Source: a virus. Taken from it: a stretch of DNA of 38,228 nt. The translations under genes were made by a program, and so were the position numbers. This document shows, piece by piece, positions 35,969 through 38,228 of the stretch. The stretch covers positions 1-38,228 of the IMG/VR virus record IMGVR_UViG_3300029206_000010; one strand, 5' to 3'. How positions within the stretch are numbered: the first letter of the stretch is position 1; every line of letters starts with the position of its first letter. The notes below the pieces were generated by a model. The model was not told the origin of the DNA. It saw only the letters and a program-made list of their open reading frames with translations, and did not search any database.

Positions 35969-36199
35969 CTATTCTGTTCCCACGATAAACAGCATACCGC
36001 TAGTGACCATTACGCACGCCACCCACGCGGTAGCGGCGAAGGCGGTGGTTATCATCTCGATGATGCGTTCCCTGCGGGTCCTTCTGGCGCGCTGCTCCCT
36101 CTGCCAGGCGAAGGCCATGCGGCTCTCGCGGACAGTGCGGCTTTCAATGGCAGAGAGTAGGGCTGACGCATCGGAAAAACGTTCTGTGGAAGTGTACAT
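35969..36199 (-). CDS. small protein with Arg-rich N-terminal half and C-terminal TM helix (76 aa)
   Basis: Coupled (9-nt gap) to downstream gene; TM AFAATAWVACVMVTSGMLFIV. Confidence 0.45.
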   Translation of the reverse strand: MYTSTERFSDASALLSAIESRTVRESRMAFAWQREQRARRTRRERIIEMITTAFAATAWVACVMVTSGMLFIVGTE

Positions 36200-36396
36200 T
36201 TACTGCCTCCTTATCCCGTCTTCGTGTCCCTCGTTCTTCGCACCTTACTGATAAGGCAGTGTGCGGCTATGCCGACTTACCTTACTTTTCAGGCCGTCCC
36301 TGCCGGACAGACGGGGCCTTTGGTGGGAATCGCCTCTGCTTACTCGGTGCCTCGGGAGGTTCCTTTCTGCGGCTCTTTCTCCCCGCTGGCAAAGAA

Positions 36397-36453
36397 AAAA
36401 TAGGCTATTTCAGCCTATATGTAAAGCAAAAAATAGGCTTTAAAAGCCTATTT
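36397..36453. promoter_or_regulatory. two 23-bp palindromic operator-like sites AAATAGG-N9-CCTATTT (36397..36419; 36431..36453, perfect palindrome aaataggctttaaaagcctattt)
   Basis: Read directly; same half-sites recur at 37121..37143 between divergent regulator genes. Confidence 0.6.
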
Positions 36454-36476
36454 TTGAGAAAATTCTATATTTAGAG

Positions 36477-36512
36477 CAAAAAAAAGCCCCTCCGAAGAGG
36501 GGCAAAAATTTT
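36477..36512 (-). terminator. bidirectional intrinsic terminator (A8 - gcccctc cgaa gaggggc - aaaaattttt); strong for leftward transcript
   Basis: Read directly; about 150 nt past the repressor-like gene stop. Confidence 0.75.
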
Positions 36513-36655
36513 TGGGCTAGGGAGAAAGAGCTACAGTAAACGAAACGACGAGATTATGAAGGCCCTGTCGGAGAAACACACGACGACCGGAGCACACGGA
36601 CGCCTCCGGGCCAACGTGGGAGATTCATACTTATCATTAAGAAGCTATTCATAGA

Positions 36656-37072
36656 CTAATCCTTTTCTTTATTGAATATGATTATTCTACAGTGTTTTTT
36701 TGTGGACATCATAAGTCCGTTTCTAGCTATTTTGTTTTTTGAATCTGATGACAGCGGCGCGTCTTTGCCTTTAGGCGGACGCCCTGGTACTCCCCTTATG
36801 TTTTTGCCGTCACCTACAATATCTAAGGCGACAGCAATCCCGCACACATCAGCAAGAGACACGCCTAGAGCTTTTGCCATTTCGTAGGCATCAGCAAGAG
36901 ATAACGCCTGACGTCCGCCCCTAACCTTGCGCCACCTTCCAATTGGATCTTTAAAGTCAACACTCCAAGCGGCCTTGGCTAAATCAGAAGCGTTTAACCT
37001 CTGCTTTGTCGCCAAGGCAACCAGCGCCTCCACGAAAGCTTTTTGAAAGTCTATTCCATTCATAAATACCAC
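36656..37072 (-). CDS. putative lysogeny repressor-like HTH regulator (no LexA-like peptidase domain)
   Basis: Divergent from Cro-like gene; DPIGRWRKVRGG..LSLADAYEMAKALGVSLADVCGIA HTH-like segment; RBS aaggtgg. Confidence 0.45.
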   Translation of the reverse strand: MVFMNGIDFQKAFVEALVALATKQRLNASDLAKAAWSVDFKDPIGRWRKVRGGRQALSLADAYEMAKALGVSLADVCGIAVALDIVGDGKNIRGVPGRPPKGKDAPLSSDSKNKIARNGLMMSTKKHCRIIIFNKEKD

Positions 37073-37115
37073 CTTACTTGTAGGGCGACTTAAAAAAAAT
37101 TGGCCAAAAATCAGC

Positions 37116-37144
37116 TTGCTAAATAGGCATAAATAACCTATTTT
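37116..37144 (+). promoter_or_regulatory. rightward early promoter candidate (-35 TTGCTA, -10 TATTTT) overlapped by third 23-bp operator aaataggcataaataacctattt
   Basis: Read directly in 96-bp divergent intergenic region. Confidence 0.5.
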
Positions 37145-37168
37145 TTACATCGCAAGAGGTGGTGAACA

Positions 37169-37390
37169 ATGCAAAAAAAGATACAGCAAGCTTTCGCGAT
37201 CCTCAGGCGTACCTACGGAAACCATTCTAAGGCTGCCGCAGAGATGCATCTGTCAAGTCGCTACTACCGCTCGATAAGGAACGAATTATGCCCAATTTCT
37301 CGAAGGCTAGAGGATTATATTTTGATGAAGGCGGAAGCAGCCTCTAAATCATCTCCCGCTTACAAGGAGAATGCAGATTGCTCAAATTAA
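37169..37390 (+). CDS. Cro-like small HTH regulator
   Basis: 73 aa; first gene of rightward operon; RBS agaggtgg. Confidence 0.5.
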   Translation: MQKKIQQAFAILRRTYGNHSKAAAEMHLSSRYYRSIRNELCPISRRLEDYILMKAEAASKSSPAYKENADCSN

Positions 37391-37495
37391 TCCAATGCCG
37401 ATTGAAGAATCCTAAGTGGTATGCCTTCCAGTGGAACGGGACTGGGGAGACACACTCATGAGCACAGGCGAATGCATAGAGGAGGGAAGAACCAA

Positions 37496-37792
37496 GTGAA
37501 GCGGTGGTTCAAGCTGGCGGACTCAACCGTCATGAGCATCAAGTGGCAGCGCATGGCCCGCAAGCTGGGGGTGTCTCCGGCCGTCGTGAGTTTTGTCTAC
37601 GTGGCGGTTCTGTCGAGCGCTTCCCAGTGTGATGACGGGGGAAGCATTGAGGGTTTCGACCCGGAAGACGTGGATTTCTTCGGCGGCTTCAAGAAGGGGA
37701 CAACAGCCAAAATTCTGGAAGCCTTTACCCACGACGGCTTGATCTCAAAAAACGGCGGGATCGTCGACTGGGACGAATTCGTGGAGATATAG
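37496..37792 (+). CDS. DUF1376-like N-terminal-domain-only paralog of the replication initiator
   Basis: VKRWFKLADSTVMSIKWQRMARKLGVSPAVVSFVYVAVLSSAS parallels MAYSWFRVYNGTINDTKWPRIARDSKQSVGAVVSVWMALLECAS of the next gene; GTG start with ggaggga RBS. Confidence 0.55.
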   Translation: MKRWFKLADSTVMSIKWQRMARKLGVSPAVVSFVYVAVLSSASQCDDGGSIEGFDPEDVDFFGGFKKGTTAKILEAFTHDGLISKNGGIVDWDEFVEI

Positions 37793-37794
37793 TC

Positions 37795-38228
37795 ATGACG
37801 ATGGCGTATAGCTGGTTCCGTGTCTACAATGGGACGATTAATGATACGAAATGGCCACGCATTGCCCGGGACTCAAAACAGTCTGTCGGGGCCGTTGTGT
37901 CAGTATGGATGGCGCTCCTGGAGTGCGCGTCCATGAGTGATGACCGGGGATCCGTCGACGACTTCAGCCCCGAAGATATAGACGTTCTCTATGGGTACGA
38001 AGACGGGACGACGGATAGCATCTTTCAGGCGATGAAAGCGCGGGGGCTTATCTCCCCCGACAATCGCCTCGAGGCCTGGGGCAAACGCCAATCTCCGGAA
38101 TCCGGGGATGTGGGGAAGCCGAGCACATCTACGGAGCGTGTACGCCGGTACAGGGCCAAGCGGTCGTCCAAATCCGATGAAACGTTACATGAAACGGATG
38201 AAACGTTACATGAAACGGATGAAACGCC
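37795..38228 (+). CDS. N-terminal portion of replication initiator (DUF1376-like domain); ORF has no stop in window and continues through junction into 1..671
   Basis: ATG 3 nt after upstream stop; frame stays open to window end; SKSDETLHETDETLHETDETP matches frame of 1..671. Confidence 0.7.
   Translation, partial: MTMAYSWFRVYNGTINDTKWPRIARDSKQSVGAVVSVWMALLECASMSDDRGSVDDFSPEDIDVLYGYEDGTTDSIFQAMKARGLISPDNRLEAWGKRQSPESGDVGKPSTSTERVRRYRAKRSSKSDETLHETDETLHETDET
38165..38228. repeat. second copy of the 64-bp terminal direct repeat
   Basis: Identical to 1..64. Confidence 0.9.

Noticed and set aside
1-38228. CRISPR arrays, rRNA, IS elements or transposases
   Set aside because: No regularly spaced repeat-spacer arrays were seen. 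The only tandem repeats are the iterons and the operator palindromes. No transposase-like ORF was seen.

Overview
The window is a complete, circularly closed temperate phage (prophage-type) genome. About 38,164 bp are unique; the first 64 bp repeat exactly at 38165..38228, and one ORF reads through that junction in frame. Genes are tightly packed and organised in lambda-like modules.

- **Immunity switch (36.2-37.4 kb):** a divergent repressor-like / Cro-like gene pair with three copies of a 23-bp palindromic operator and a bidirectional terminator.
- **Rightward early operon:** Cro-like gene; a truncated DUF1376-like paralog; a full-length DUF1376-type replication initiator that wraps the junction and carries iterons plus an AT-rich tract in its linker-coding region (lambda O/ori-like); DnaC-like helicase loader; SSB; VRR-NUC nuclease; three Myb/SANT-like HTH proteins; MazG-like protein; an orphan Dam-family N6-adenine methyltransferase flanked by 47-bp direct repeats; a beta-helix protein; an AlpA/Xis-like HTH.
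- **Boundary:** a strong terminator at ~6.52 kb, then a near-consensus sigma70 promoter with a palindrome over the -35.
- **Late operon (+ strand):** lysis cassette (T4L/pesticin-like lysozyme, 3TM holin, membrane protein), small and large terminase, portal, scaffold, major capsid, then a P22-like block of adaptor/hub and Gly-rich internal ejection proteins with no tape measure.
- **Tail fibres:** two tail-fibre genes share an N-terminus; a P-loop kinase and an assembly chaperone sit between them; an XkdX-like peptide and a degraded fibre C-terminal remnant follow.
- **Cargo:** a low-GC four-gene cluster (27.4-28.85 kb), then a strong terminator and an attP-like region.
- **Leftward operon (- strand):** tyrosine integrase, RdgC, RecT (with an unusual C-terminal zinc ribbon), a PD-(D/E)XK nuclease, hypotheticals, and a low-GC acidic gene with a small TM protein next to the operators.

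No rRNA, tRNA or CRISPR is evident. Most antisense ORFs in the track are GC-rich shadows. Coordinates of non-ORF features come from manual indexing and may be off by 1-2 bp.
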